Under the pieces are notes generated by a model. The model was not told where the DNA came from, searched no databases, and worked only from the letters and a program-made list of their open reading frames with translations. A DNA stretch of 64,000 nucleotides from an uncultured Elusimicrobiales bacterium (GTDB taxonomy: Bacteria > Elusimicrobiota > Elusimicrobia > Elusimicrobiales > Elusimicrobiaceae): NCBI GenBank assembly GCA_944324645.1, contig CALUXB010000001.1, positions 428,837 through 492,836 of the forward strand. Reading direction: 5' to 3'. The position numbers and the translations under genes were made by a program. Of the stretch, positions 28,694 through 38,890 are shown one piece after another. Every line of letters starts with the position of its first letter. Position 1 is the stretch's first letter.

Positions 28694-30235
28694 ATGAAAA
28701 TATTGCAAACGGATTGTTTGGTTGTCGGAGCGGGGATTGCCGGCTCTGTCTATGCTTATGAAGCGGCCCGCCGGGGGCTGCAAGTTACTTTGCTTAGCTG
28801 TGGCAGCTGGGACGTGGCAAACAGCGATTTGGCGCAAGGGGGCATAGTATATGAACCGCAGCTGAACGTAGAAGAGCTGTTGGCGGATGTGCGTCTGGCT
28901 ACGGCCGGGCTGTGTAATGAAAGCGCCGTGCGGGTGCTTTCTGAGGCGGGGTGTGAAGCGGTTAGAAAGATTTTTTTAAAAGAGCTGCATACTGATTTTT
29001 CCCGCGATGAAAAGGGCAATTTGCTCTTTACCCGGGAAGGAGCCCATACCAAAAACCGGATTATTTATTGGAAAGACACCACAGGCCATTCTTTGCTTTC
29101 TTCCATACATAAAGCGTTGCTGAAAGAAAAAAATCTGACGCTTTTAGAAAATCACGCCGCAGTAGATTTGCTAACTCTTTCCCACAGTTCTACCGATATT
29201 ATGGACCGCTATGCCCCGCTGACTTGTTTTGGGGCGTATGTGCTGGACAACAAAACAGGCGAAGTCTGCGCCATTAAAGCCAAAAAAACGATACTTGCCA
29301 GCGGGGGGGTAGGACAGGTGTATCGCCATACCACCAATGCAGAACACGCGTACGGCCACGGTATTGCTATGGCTTACCGTGTGGGTGCACGCGTGATGAA
29401 TATGGAATTTATGCAATTTCACCCTACGGTGTTTGCCAAAGGAAAAAGCTTTTTGATTTCAGAAGCCTTGCGGGGGGAAGGCGCCGTTTTGCGCAACTGC
29501 AAAGGGGAAGCTTTTATGCCCAAGTATCATCCGCTAAAAGATTTGGCCCCGCGGGATATTGTGGCCCGGGCTATTGAAGAGGAACGTTTAAAAACCTCCC
29601 ACGATTGTGTCTATTTGGATATTACACACGAACCGGCCCAGCATACCAAAGAACGTTTCCCGGCCATTTATGAAACCTGCCTTAAAGAAGGGGTGGATAT
29701 TACCCAGCAGCCCATTCCTGTAGTGCCGGCGGCTCATTATTTTTGCGGTGGGGTGTATGCCACTGCGCAGGGCCGTACCAACATTTTAAACTTAAATGCT
29801 GTAGGTGAAACGGCCTGCACAGGCTATCACGGGGCGAACCGGTTGGCCAGCACTTCTTTGTTAGAAGCAGTTGCGACAGGTTATCTGTGCGCCGGAGCCG
29901 ATGCACACGATATTCAGACGCAGACCTTTAAGCTGCCTGAACCCAAAGAATGGGTAGTGCCGGATAAACAGCCGGACTTGAATTTAATCAAACAGGATTT
30001 GGCTACTCTCAAGAGCACAATGTGGAACTATGTAGGTTTGGTGCGCAGCGCCACGCATTTGAGCCGCGCCGAAAAAATCCTGCGGCATTTGCACAATGAA
30101 ATTGACGCTTTTTACAAAGGCTATGCGCTGAACCAGGAACTGTTGGACTTGCGCAACGGTACGCAGACGGCTTTGCTGATTACTTATGCGGCATTAAAAA
30201 ATAAACACAGTATAGGCTGCCATTTTATCCGCTGA
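28694..30235 (+). CDS. nadB: L-aspartate oxidase
   Basis: GAGIAG, SDLAQGGI, TREGAH, QFHPT, SEALRGEG, DLAPRDIVARAI, GANRLASTSLLE. Confidence 0.93.
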   Translation: MKILQTDCLVVGAGIAGSVYAYEAARRGLQVTLLSCGSWDVANSDLAQGGIVYEPQLNVEELLADVRLATAGLCNESAVRVLSEAGCEAVRKIFLKELHTDFSRDEKGNLLFTREGAHTKNRIIYWKDTTGHSLLSSIHKALLKEKNLTLLENHAAVDLLTLSHSSTDIMDRYAPLTCFGAYVLDNKTGEVCAIKAKKTILASGGVGQVYRHTTNAEHAYGHGIAMAYRVGARVMNMEFMQFHPTVFAKGKSFLISEALRGEGAVLRNCKGEAFMPKYHPLKDLAPRDIVARAIEEERLKTSHDCVYLDITHEPAQHTKERFPAIYETCLKEGVDITQQPIPVVPAAHYFCGGVYATAQGRTNILNLNAVGETACTGYHGANRLASTSLLEAVATGYLCAGADAHDIQTQTFKLPEPKEWVVPDKQPDLNLIKQDLATLKSTMWNYVGLVRSATHLSRAEKILRHLHNEIDAFYKGYALNQELLDLRNGTQTALLITYAALKNKHSIGCHFIR

Positions 30236-30254
30236 GAAATAGCTGCTCTTTGGG

Positions 30255-30298
30255 AAAACCCGCCTGTATAAGTTTTATACAGGCGGGTTTTGCTTTTT
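30255..30298 (+). terminator. Terminator after nadB
   Basis: 17-bp perfect stem AAAACCCGCCTGTATAA/TTATACAGGCGGGTTTT. Confidence 0.85.
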
Positions 30299-30569
30299 AA
30301 GAGCACAGGGCGTGTTTCCAAGAAATGCCATCTTGCCGAAACAGAAGTGGATAGAAGAAAAACAATTTTGTAGTTTCTAGAGAAAAAGGGCATTTCGTTT
30401 GCCAAGAGGAGTGCCCAGCCCGCTAAACAGTGCGGGGGGAAAGAGACGACGGCGTGTGCGGGAATATTTGGCTGCAGGGATATCTGAGCAATGCGTGGGG
30501 CAGGAGCAGGCAAAAATAATCTCTTTTAAGTTGTTGACGGGGGGGTGTTTCTTCTGGTATGCTGTAAAA

Positions 30570-31145
30570 ATGAAAATATACGCAGTAATGTTATGCAGCT
30601 GCTTGGTCTTGTGTGGGTGTGCCGCGGTTACTTCGTCCGGGGCGCCGCGTTACCGCGTGAGCACAGAGCGGGAACCCCCTTATTACTTGGGAACAAATGC
30701 GGAAGAAGTGGAAGATACCTGCCCGGGGAATGATATTTTAAAGCAATACAACTGTTCGCGCAAACAAGACGACGGTTTTGCCTGTTTTGACGTATATTTG
30801 GCACAGGGCAGCCCGGTTAATAACCAACGCTATTCTTTGCTGCAAGAGCGCGTAGAACGCCAGTCCGTCAGCCCGCAGCCCCAGTGCCCGGCTATGGAGC
30901 CTACCTGCGAAGCTTTTCTGCAGGCATTGAATTATAATTTGGAATTTTCCTGGTATTTGGTCAACTTTCCTACCTCGTCATTTCCCCAATGCCGTGAAAC
31001 GTATGATTGCAAACGGATAGATTGTTATCTCCCTCCGGACCCGTCTAAAGGGATAAAAGAATCCACCTTGGTGTCTTGCGTGTATAAACGAAACCAGCTG
31101 TTCTTTGTAGGCTCCGAGATTACTTGCCGTCAGACACCTCGCTAA
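30570..31145 (+). CDS. Cys-rich putative lipoprotein, hypothetical
   Basis: Signal ending LVLCGC; 10 further Cys in the mature part. Confidence 0.7.
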   Translation: MKIYAVMLCSCLVLCGCAAVTSSGAPRYRVSTEREPPYYLGTNAEEVEDTCPGNDILKQYNCSRKQDDGFACFDVYLAQGSPVNNQRYSLLQERVERQSVSPQPQCPAMEPTCEAFLQALNYNLEFSWYLVNFPTSSFPQCRETYDCKRIDCYLPPDPSKGIKESTLVSCVYKRNQLFFVGSEITCRQTPR

Positions 31146-31283
31146 ATAAAAGTATCCATTTCCTCTAAAAATGACGGCTATAAAATGGCCGTCTATTTTC
31201 TCTTGCAAGAAAAGCAGTAATTTATTAGCATATAGAAAACACGGCCCCGCGGGGGCCGCGATTACGCGCGCTCGAGGGAATAT

Positions 31284-34200
31284 ATGGCCAACAAAATCTT
31301 TTCGTTTTTCTCTAAAGATGGCAAAGAGTCGGCAAACTTGGAACAGTTTGAAGAATTTTTAAACTTACTGCCCTGTGCAGCTTGTTTAATAAACGATAAA
31401 GGGGAAATATTGCTGGCTAATGAAAAAATGACAGCCGTCTCCGGATTTAGCGTTTCCTCTTTAAAAGGGACGGCTCTGTCTGAATATGGTTTGACTTGGC
31501 CCGATATTGAAGGGTTGCTGAATAATAAAGAACCTTCCTCCCTGATGAAAGAAATGGTCACCAAAGATATGGAGGCCGTTTATATGAATATTCGGGCTTC
31601 GCGCGTGCCCAATTTGCCCTATAGTATTGTGAGTTTTGATTCAGCCCCGCAGTACCGCCGCTTGCTTAAAGAAAAATCTTTTTTTAAATCTATTGTGGAT
31701 AATTATCCCTTCGCCGTTACCGTGCAGGATAAGCAAGGTGTATGTTTGGTTTGGAACGATAAGGCGGAAAAAATGTTTGGCCAGTCGGTTTCCGGTGCCA
31801 TCGGCCGGAAAATGAATGAATTGTTGCCCCAGCAGCTTTCTGTGGCAGTTGATATGCTGGATAAAGAAGTGCGGGAGAAAAAACAAAACCGCGTAGGCCG
31901 GCAGATGAGCTTTAAAAATTCCCGCAACAAAGAGACCATTTTATCCGTCACGAAAGTACCTACATTTGATGCCTCCGGCCATCTGATGACTGTCTTGACC
32001 GTATATGAAGATATTACGGCCCGCCGCGCCCAAGAAGAGGATTTGCTGCAAACCCGCAACTTGCTGCAGGCTATTTTGGATCACGTACCGATGGGGATTT
32101 ACACTCGTACTGTAGATGGAGTAATGACGTTTTTTAATAAGCAAAGCCAAGTTGTTTTTGCGGAAACAGAACCCAAATGCGTCAATGCGCCTCATCCCAA
32201 GCAGACGGCTGCTACCATTCGGCAATATGCGGAGCGGGAAAGAAAAATTTTGGAAGAAGGAAAAATGCGAGATTATCCAGATGAAATTTATGTGGACCGG
32301 GAAGGGCGAGAAAAGATTATCCATATGATTAAAGTGCCGCTGCGCCACGCCGGGCCAGAGCCGCTGGTGCTTAGCATTGTAGAGGATGTGACATCCAAAC
32401 GAGAACAGGAGCGGGAAATCGCCAAGGCAAATAGCTTTTTGGCGGCTATCGTTGATAATGCCCCTATTGGTTTGTATGCGCGTACCAAAGAGGGCAAAAT
32501 GCTGCTGCGCAACAAAAGATGTGCGGAAATTTTTGGCACGGCTGATAGCTGCTTTGACGAACAAGGATCTTTGCCGCACGAAACCAAAGAGCAAATTAGC
32601 AGTTATTTGAACCGGGAAGTAGAGGTAATGGAGTCTGGCCGTCCTTTAGATATTCCAGAAGAAGAATATGCTACGGGAGATGGCAAACGGTTGTTGCTTC
32701 ATATGGTAAAAGTTCCTGTTTCGGACGCAGAAGGCAACCCGGAATTTGTTATTACGATGGTAGAGGATGTTACAGAGAAAAAAGAACAGGAGCGCCGTTT
32801 GGTGGAGGCGAAAAACTTCCAGCAGGCAATTTTGGACAATGCCCCGTTAGCTATTTATGCCCGCGGAGTGGATTTATCTATGAGTTTCGTTAACCGGAAA
32901 GCGTCCGAAATGTTCCCAAATGAAACAATTTATAAAGAAGAAGACAATTTCTACGGAGAACGCGAAAGAGAATTTTTCCGCCAGGGGAAAATAGTGGATA
33001 TCCCGGAGGAGGAATATATTACCAAAACGGGTAATAAAATTTTGCTGCATTTAATTAAGGCGCCGGTCTATGATAAAGAAGGCAAACCGTTTATGATGCT
33101 TTCCATTGCAGAAGATATTACAGATAAACGGGATAAAGAACGCCGCTTAAATGAGGCACAGGCCTTGCAGCAAAGTATATTGGACAATGCCCCAGTAGCT
33201 ATCTATGCTTATGATGTAAATCACAATATCTGTTTCTTTAACAAAGAGGCAGACCGTCTTTTCCCTGGGGAAATGCTTTCTACGGAAGATGGCAGAGGCT
33301 ATAATGAGCGGGAGCAGGAAATTTTCAAAAAGAAGGAAATAGTGGAAATTCCAGAAGAAGAATATATCCGCAAAGATGGTAAGAAATTGTTGGTGCATTT
33401 AACCAAGGCCCCTATCTTTGACAGTTTAGGCAACCCACAAATGGTGCTGACGATAGCCAATGATATCACTCAGAAAAAACAGCAGGAAATAGAAATCCGT
33501 GAGTCTAAAAACTTCTTGCAAAACGTGGTAGATAACCTGCCTATTGCGTTGTCTGTAAAACGACATAACGGGGAGTATATTGTTTGGAACAAAAAGAGCG
33601 AGGATTTGTTCGGCGTGTCGGCTAAAGATGTCATTGGTAAAGACAATTACCGTACGGATATTACCAAAGAACAAGCCGAATTTATGCGGGAATCAGATGA
33701 AAAAGTTTTCCAAAGCCGCCGGGAACTCAATATCCCGCAAGAGCTGATTTCCACTCCAAACGAAGGGGTTAAAATTATGCATACGGTAAAAACGCCGTTG
33801 TATAAGCCCGATGGTTCGCCGGATTATTTGTTGAATGTATCGGAAGATATCACGGCGAAAACGAAAATGGAAAAACAAATCCGGGAAACGGGGGAAAAGA
33901 ACTCGCTGTTGGTAGAAAATGCACGGGAAGGTATTTTGATTTTGGAAGATTATAAAATCATTTACGCTAACCGCGCCGCTTGCCGCATTCTGGGATATGA
34001 AGCCGTAGAGGAAATTGTGCGGCGGCCGCTGCTGGATTTTGTGGCGGCGGATCATCAGATATTTGCGAAAGACAAATATGAATCGGTGATTAACGGCTTA
34101 GAAGGCGCTTCTGAACCGGCCCAACTGCATTTTGTTAAAAAATCCGGCGTGGTGGCGGAAGTGGAATTTGCGGCGATGGCCTCTAAGTATTTGGGGCGGC

Positions 34201-36668
34201 GCATTGTTATCGGCTTTTTGCGGGACGTAACGGCAGTTAATAAGACGATGCGCGATGTGCGTGGTGAGCGTGAAAAATTCAAAAACGTGTTTGAGCGCGG
34301 TTTGCTGCCGGCTTTGATTCTTAACCATAAAGGTTATATCAATGTGATGAACAAAGCCGCACGGGATATGTTCCGTCTGAATGAAAATGACCGCAATTTC
34401 TACCGCAATGTTTATATCCGCCCGGCCTTGACGCTGGACGTGCGCCGCAAGCTGCGCCGCGGAGAAAGTGCGTATATGGATTATACGTTTGACTTTGACA
34501 AAGCGGCGGCACAGTTCCCGGGCCGCATCCACGGGGAAGGCAAAATGTTGCTTCACGTTACGCTGGAGCCCTTTAACCGCCGCGACTGCCAAGACGGCAC
34601 GGTAGAAGCAGATTACTTGGTTACCTTAGACCGCCGCGAACGCGGCGGCTCTACGCAGCCTCCCGGCGGAAAAATGACGGACGGCAAACCTGCTCCTTTA
34701 AAAGCGCTTCGCCCTCCGCAGCCGCCTGCAGCCGTTTTGTTGCCTAATACAGAGCCGTATGTAATCTGCTCTTCCAAATTCAAGATTACTTCTTGTAATG
34801 AACTGTTCTGTACGCTCTGCCAGTTGCAGCCGGAAGAATTGAAAGGGCAAGAAATTATTAAGCTTTTTAGCCAAGACAGTATTCCGCTGTTAATGGCAGA
34901 CTTGAAAACACTTATGTCTAAAGGCAGTATGGAAAACCGCGAATATTTGATTTGTTTGGCCAGCGGTTTGGAAACGTCGCCTGTGCGCGTGAGTGCTTTG
35001 CGGGCCCAAAATGGAAGCTATGTGTTTATTTTCCGCAATATGGCCTTCCAAAAGCAGATTATGCATATTTTGCAGGAACGTTCCGCCCAGCTGAATGCAT
35101 TGTTGGAGGCCACGGACGGGGCGGTTTTCTCCGTGCATTATGAGGAGGGCAAATTGGGCCGGGTGGAACAGGCCAATAAGTTTTTAGCCCAGCTGATTGG
35201 TTATTCCCACGATGAGTTGACCTCTATGGCCTTTGCCCAATTATTTACGCAGAAAGATGGTAAAAATGCGGAAGAAGTGGCGGAAACACTGAACCAGGCG
35301 GTTAAAGATTTGGAAACCAAAGGCCGTGCTTCTTTTGGCGCCGTATTGTTCACCAAAGACGGTCGCCATATAGAAACTTCTGTTACGTTGACTGCTTTGG
35401 ATATCCCCGGCAAAAATGCAGTTTTGGCTCTGGTGACGGATTTGTCAGACCTGCTGGAACGTATATCTCATAATTCCCGCGAAGCACTGGAGTTGCGCAG
35501 CGTGCGGCAATCTTTGCCCGGTTTGTATTTAAAAACGGACGGAGAAGGGGTGGTGTTGGAAGTGTCTTCCAATTTGCCGTATTTGGATACGGACCAGGCC
35601 CGGAGTATTTTCTTGGGAAAAACGCCCAGCCAATATTGGCCGGAAGATGCTGCCGCTAAAGAATTGTTTGCTATTAAAGAAGCTTGCAGCGTGAACATCA
35701 ATACGACTTTTGAGTTTGATTGGGACTATGCAGACAAACGCCGCTTTTTTGAAGCGGTCTGCACGCCTATCAGCGGTCAAAACCAAGTGGTCATTTGGTT
35801 GCGCGACGTAACGGACCGCCGCGTTCACGAGCGGCATATCCGCCAACTGTACGATATCAGCAATGAGAATAAATCTACCATTACCCAACAAGTAGATAAA
35901 ATCTTGGATTTTGGTAAAAAAGTATTTCAGGCGGATGTAGGAATTGTGTTGCGCTTCCGGGAATCCAACCCGGATGAACTTACGGTAGTATATGCCACGC
36001 CCAGTCCTTTTAATATTGAGCGGTATATGGTGTTCCCGGTAGAGGAATGCCTGTTTGATGTGCGTGATGACAATGTGGTGGTGTTTGCCGATTTAGCTAA
36101 CACAAACTGCAAGCGCTGTATCCATAAAGAGAAAGAGTTTGGTTCTTTGATTGCTGCCCCGTTATATGTAGGTGGCAAGGTGGCAGGGGCTTTGTGTTTT
36201 GCGGCGCGCGCGCCTAAAGCCCGCTTTGTGGAAGGGGCTGAAGAACTGATAGGTATTATGTCGCGCATTTTGAGTTTGCGCATAGAGCTGCGTGAAGCCA
36301 GTAAAACGCTGGGGGAGACTTCCCAAAGCTTTATTCGTACCTTGGAATATGTGGATTTGCCCGCCGTAGTGCTGGATTTGCAATACCGCGTAAAATATGC
36401 CAACGAGGTGTTTTTGGCTTCTACTGGCCGGCGCCGGCAAACGGTGGAAGACCGAGAGTTCTTTGATGAGTTTATCCGGATTGCCGACGGCAGCCGCCGT
36501 ATGTTTGAAACCAGCAGCAAAAATGCTTCTGGAAATGCTTTCCAAGTAAAATTGGACTTGGTGGACGAGCACGGCAAATATACGGCCACCGGCTGGGATG
36601 TCTTTTTGATTAAAGACATTAAAGGCGAGGTGGAAGGCTACGGCCTTATTGGCGTGCGCAAACAATAA
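31284..36668 (+). CDS. Giant cytoplasmic multi-PAS plus GAF protein (1794 aa), no output domain visible
   Basis: About 13 PAS/PAC repeats (e.g. AILDNAP.AIY...G...F.N; V.DIT..K) and a GAF (GSLIAAPLYVGGKVAGALCF). Confidence 0.9.
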   Translation: MANKIFSFFSKDGKESANLEQFEEFLNLLPCAACLINDKGEILLANEKMTAVSGFSVSSLKGTALSEYGLTWPDIEGLLNNKEPSSLMKEMVTKDMEAVYMNIRASRVPNLPYSIVSFDSAPQYRRLLKEKSFFKSIVDNYPFAVTVQDKQGVCLVWNDKAEKMFGQSVSGAIGRKMNELLPQQLSVAVDMLDKEVREKKQNRVGRQMSFKNSRNKETILSVTKVPTFDASGHLMTVLTVYEDITARRAQEEDLLQTRNLLQAILDHVPMGIYTRTVDGVMTFFNKQSQVVFAETEPKCVNAPHPKQTAATIRQYAERERKILEEGKMRDYPDEIYVDREGREKIIHMIKVPLRHAGPEPLVLSIVEDVTSKREQEREIAKANSFLAAIVDNAPIGLYARTKEGKMLLRNKRCAEIFGTADSCFDEQGSLPHETKEQISSYLNREVEVMESGRPLDIPEEEYATGDGKRLLLHMVKVPVSDAEGNPEFVITMVEDVTEKKEQERRLVEAKNFQQAILDNAPLAIYARGVDLSMSFVNRKASEMFPNETIYKEEDNFYGEREREFFRQGKIVDIPEEEYITKTGNKILLHLIKAPVYDKEGKPFMMLSIAEDITDKRDKERRLNEAQALQQSILDNAPVAIYAYDVNHNICFFNKEADRLFPGEMLSTEDGRGYNEREQEIFKKKEIVEIPEEEYIRKDGKKLLVHLTKAPIFDSLGNPQMVLTIANDITQKKQQEIEIRESKNFLQNVVDNLPIALSVKRHNGEYIVWNKKSEDLFGVSAKDVIGKDNYRTDITKEQAEFMRESDEKVFQSRRELNIPQELISTPNEGVKIMHTVKTPLYKPDGSPDYLLNVSEDITAKTKMEKQIRETGEKNSLLVENAREGILILEDYKIIYANRAACRILGYEAVEEIVRRPLLDFVAADHQIFAKDKYESVINGLEGASEPAQLHFVKKSGVVAEVEFAAMASKYLGRRIVIGFLRDVTAVNKTMRDVRGEREKFKNVFERGLLPALILNHKGYINVMNKAARDMFRLNENDRNFYRNVYIRPALTLDVRRKLRRGESAYMDYTFDFDKAAAQFPGRIHGEGKMLLHVTLEPFNRRDCQDGTVEADYLVTLDRRERGGSTQPPGGKMTDGKPAPLKALRPPQPPAAVLLPNTEPYVICSSKFKITSCNELFCTLCQLQPEELKGQEIIKLFSQDSIPLLMADLKTLMSKGSMENREYLICLASGLETSPVRVSALRAQNGSYVFIFRNMAFQKQIMHILQERSAQLNALLEATDGAVFSVHYEEGKLGRVEQANKFLAQLIGYSHDELTSMAFAQLFTQKDGKNAEEVAETLNQAVKDLETKGRASFGAVLFTKDGRHIETSVTLTALDIPGKNAVLALVTDLSDLLERISHNSREALELRSVRQSLPGLYLKTDGEGVVLEVSSNLPYLDTDQARSIFLGKTPSQYWPEDAAAKELFAIKEACSVNINTTFEFDWDYADKRRFFEAVCTPISGQNQVVIWLRDVTDRRVHERHIRQLYDISNENKSTITQQVDKILDFGKKVFQADVGIVLRFRESNPDELTVVYATPSPFNIERYMVFPVEECLFDVRDDNVVVFADLANTNCKRCIHKEKEFGSLIAAPLYVGGKVAGALCFAARAPKARFVEGAEELIGIMSRILSLRIELREASKTLGETSQSFIRTLEYVDLPAVVLDLQYRVKYANEVFLASTGRRRQTVEDREFFDEFIRIADGSRRMFETSSKNASGNAFQVKLDLVDEHGKYTATGWDVFLIKDIKGEVEGYGLIGVRKQ

Positions 36669-36691
36669 CAAAAAGAATGTCTTGGGAATGT

Positions 36692-36732
36692 AACAACGGG
36701 GAATGCAAGCAGCATTCCCCGTTGTTTTTCTT
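36692..36732 (+). terminator. Terminator after the PAS gene
   Basis: 15-bp stem AACAACGGGGAATGC/GCATTCCCCGTTGTT with T-rich tail. Confidence 0.85.
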
Positions 36733-36925
36733 TCTTGGCGGCGAGGGGATTGAAATGAGTTTGGGATAAAGACAAAGCGGCCGCTTTTTAGACCAAGATA
36801 TACAACGCCTTAAAGTATAGACCAGGCAACTAACCCGCAGCAGGCAAATCCGGCACAAAGATACGGCCATAGAGAAATAAAAAAACCGCGTCTGAAAATC
36901 AGACGCGGAGTATAAAGAAAACCAA

Positions 36926-37342
36926 TTAGTTGATTTCTTTTATTTCTACTTCAAAGGTCAAGTCTTTTCCCGCTAGAGGATGATTGAAATCCAAGGTGAT
37001 TTCCTTGTCAGAGATTTCTGTTACTACTGCCCGGAAGGTGTGTCCTTCGTTGCTGGCACCCACCATATCGCCCACTTTTAATTGGTCAGCGTTCATAATA
37101 GCTTCTTTGGGTACCCGTTTAATAGCTTCTTGCAGTACGGGGCCGTAGGCTTTCTCGGCTTTAATTTGGACGGTCTTTTTGTCCCCCACGTTCATTTGTT
37201 CCAGCTCTTCTTCCAAGCCTTGAATGATTTGTCCGGCGCCGTGGGTATATTCCAGCGGGCCGCGGCCGGCAGACGTATCCTGCACTTTTCCGTCAACGGT
37301 TAGCGTATAGTCAAATTTTACTTTGGAACCTTTTGTAATCAT
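36926..37342 (-). CDS. slyD: FKBP-type peptidyl-prolyl isomerase (SlyD-like, no His-rich tail)
   Basis: PLEYTHGAGQIIQGLE, AEKAYG, DFNHPLAGKDLTFEV. Confidence 0.9.
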   Translation of the reverse strand: MITKGSKVKFDYTLTVDGKVQDTSAGRGPLEYTHGAGQIIQGLEEELEQMNVGDKKTVQIKAEKAYGPVLQEAIKRVPKEAIMNADQLKVGDMVGASNEGHTFRAVVTEISDKEITLDFNHPLAGKDLTFEVEIKEIN

Positions 37343-37583
37343 TTCTTTCTCCTTTGGCCGCAGGTAACCCCGGGACTGTATTTATTGTAACATTTCCAAG
37401 CGGATAATGGGGCGTTTTAGCGTTTTTGTTAAGTAAAAGGCCCCGTCAGGGGGGACGGGCAGATAAGTTGGAAGAAAAAGGGCCTTTTTGTGTTTTCCTA
37501 CTTTAAGTAAAAAATGGCAAGGCGTAAAAAAGACTAAAGAGCTTTTGCTTTTAGAGAGGACCTGGCAGAGCAATTGGCAAAAC

Positions 37584-37612
37584 AAAAACGCCGCCTAAAA
37601 GGCGGCGTTTTT
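37584..37612 (-). terminator. Terminator after guaC
   Basis: AAAAACGCCGCCT-aaa-AGGCGGCGTTTTT. Confidence 0.8.
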
Positions 37613-37625
37613 AGAGCGGACAATT

Positions 37626-38732
37626 TTACTTCTCTTCGCCAAAGATAGTATTTAGCTGCCGGTTAACGCGGTAGAACGTGGCGCATTTGGGCATATCTTT
37701 TAAACGTTTGGCCCCAATATACGTCATACAGCTGCGCAAACCGCCCAAAATAGCCAGCAGCGTGTGTTCAATAGGGCCGCGGAACGGGATTTCTACCACT
37801 TTACCCTCGCTGGCCCGGTATTTCTTCATTCCGCCATAATGGGTTTGCTGGGCATATTGGGAGCTCATCCCGTAAAATTTTTTGAACTGTTTTTCTTCTA
37901 TATGAAGAGCGCAGGTTTTATCGTCCATAAAGTCCACTTCTCCGGTTTGATAATGTTTGGTGCACAATTCTCCGGCGCTTTCTTCGTGTCCTGCCAGCAT
38001 ACCGCCTAACATTATAAAATCGGCCCCCGCACAGAAACTTTTGCATACATCCCCAGGAACCGTACATCCCCCATCGGCGCAAATCATACCACTCACGCCG
38101 TGGGCAGCGTCGGCACATTCTATAACGGTGGAAAATTGCGGGCGGCCTACCCCTGTCAGCTTGCGCGTAGTGCAGACGGAGCCGGGGCCTATGCCCACTT
38201 TGACGATATCAGCCCCGCTTAAAATTAAATCTTCGGTCATATCTCCCGTCACCACATTGCCCGCCATAATCAGGCTTTCCGGCCAGGCTTGGCGTACTTT
38301 TTTAACGTAGTTGACTAAATACGGGGAATAGCCGTTGGCTACATCTATGCAAATATTGTGGACGAGGCCGCTTTTCATTACGGCAGTTAATTTTTCAAAA
38401 TCTGTATCCGAAACGCCTGAGCTGATAAACAAGAGATCATTGTGCCCAAAAAGTTTCATATTGTCTTTTAAGAAAGAAAGGAGCTCTTCGGCGGCATAAT
38501 GCTTGTGCAAGGCAGTAAAGAGATGTTGCTTTTGCATTTCCCGCGCAATTTCCATAGTGCCGGTTGTGAACATATTAGCGGCAACAATGCCTGTAGCTTC
38601 AATGGCGTGTGGGCACCATTTAAAGCTATAGCGGCGGATAATATCCACTTGGGAGCGGGAAGCCAAAGCCGAACGTTTAGGCCGCAGGAGCACATCGCAG
38701 TAATCTAATTGCACATCGTCTTGAATTCTCAT
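37626..38732 (-). CDS. guaC: GMP reductase
   Basis: LDYCDVLLRPKRS, CIDVANGYS, GIGPGSVCTTR, FYGMSS, YRASEGK. Confidence 0.94.
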   Translation of the reverse strand: MRIQDDVQLDYCDVLLRPKRSALASRSQVDIIRRYSFKWCPHAIEATGIVAANMFTTGTMEIAREMQKQHLFTALHKHYAAEELLSFLKDNMKLFGHNDLLFISSGVSDTDFEKLTAVMKSGLVHNICIDVANGYSPYLVNYVKKVRQAWPESLIMAGNVVTGDMTEDLILSGADIVKVGIGPGSVCTTRKLTGVGRPQFSTVIECADAAHGVSGMICADGGCTVPGDVCKSFCAGADFIMLGGMLAGHEESAGELCTKHYQTGEVDFMDDKTCALHIEEKQFKKFYGMSSQYAQQTHYGGMKKYRASEGKVVEIPFRGPIEHTLLAILGGLRSCMTYIGAKRLKDMPKCATFYRVNRQLNTIFGEEK

Positions 38733-38811
38733 AAATCACCCCAGCCCCGACAGATTAATTTAAGCATTTCGGGCCGATACATATCATAGCAAATTTGAGG
38801 GTGCAGAGCTG

Positions 38812-38840
38812 TTGGCAAGGGGGGTGGATTTAGTTATAAT
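38812..38840 (+). promoter_or_regulatory. Sigma70-type promoter of the three-pilin cluster
   Basis: TTGGCA-17 nt-TATAAT. Confidence 0.6.
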
Positions 38841-38890
38841 AAGTAATAGCACAGGAGATTATTTTGCAGCAGGTCGTAAAGGGAGAATTT

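Noticed and set aside
38733-38800. Purine riboswitch upstream of guaC
   Set aside because: The core motifs (GATATGG, TTTCTAC, CCGTAAA) are absent; only a weak hairpin lies near the RBS.
38819-38824. G6 tract in the pilin-cluster promoter spacer as a phase-variation site
   Set aside because: Too short to be convincingly hypermutable, and the spacer is already 17 nt.
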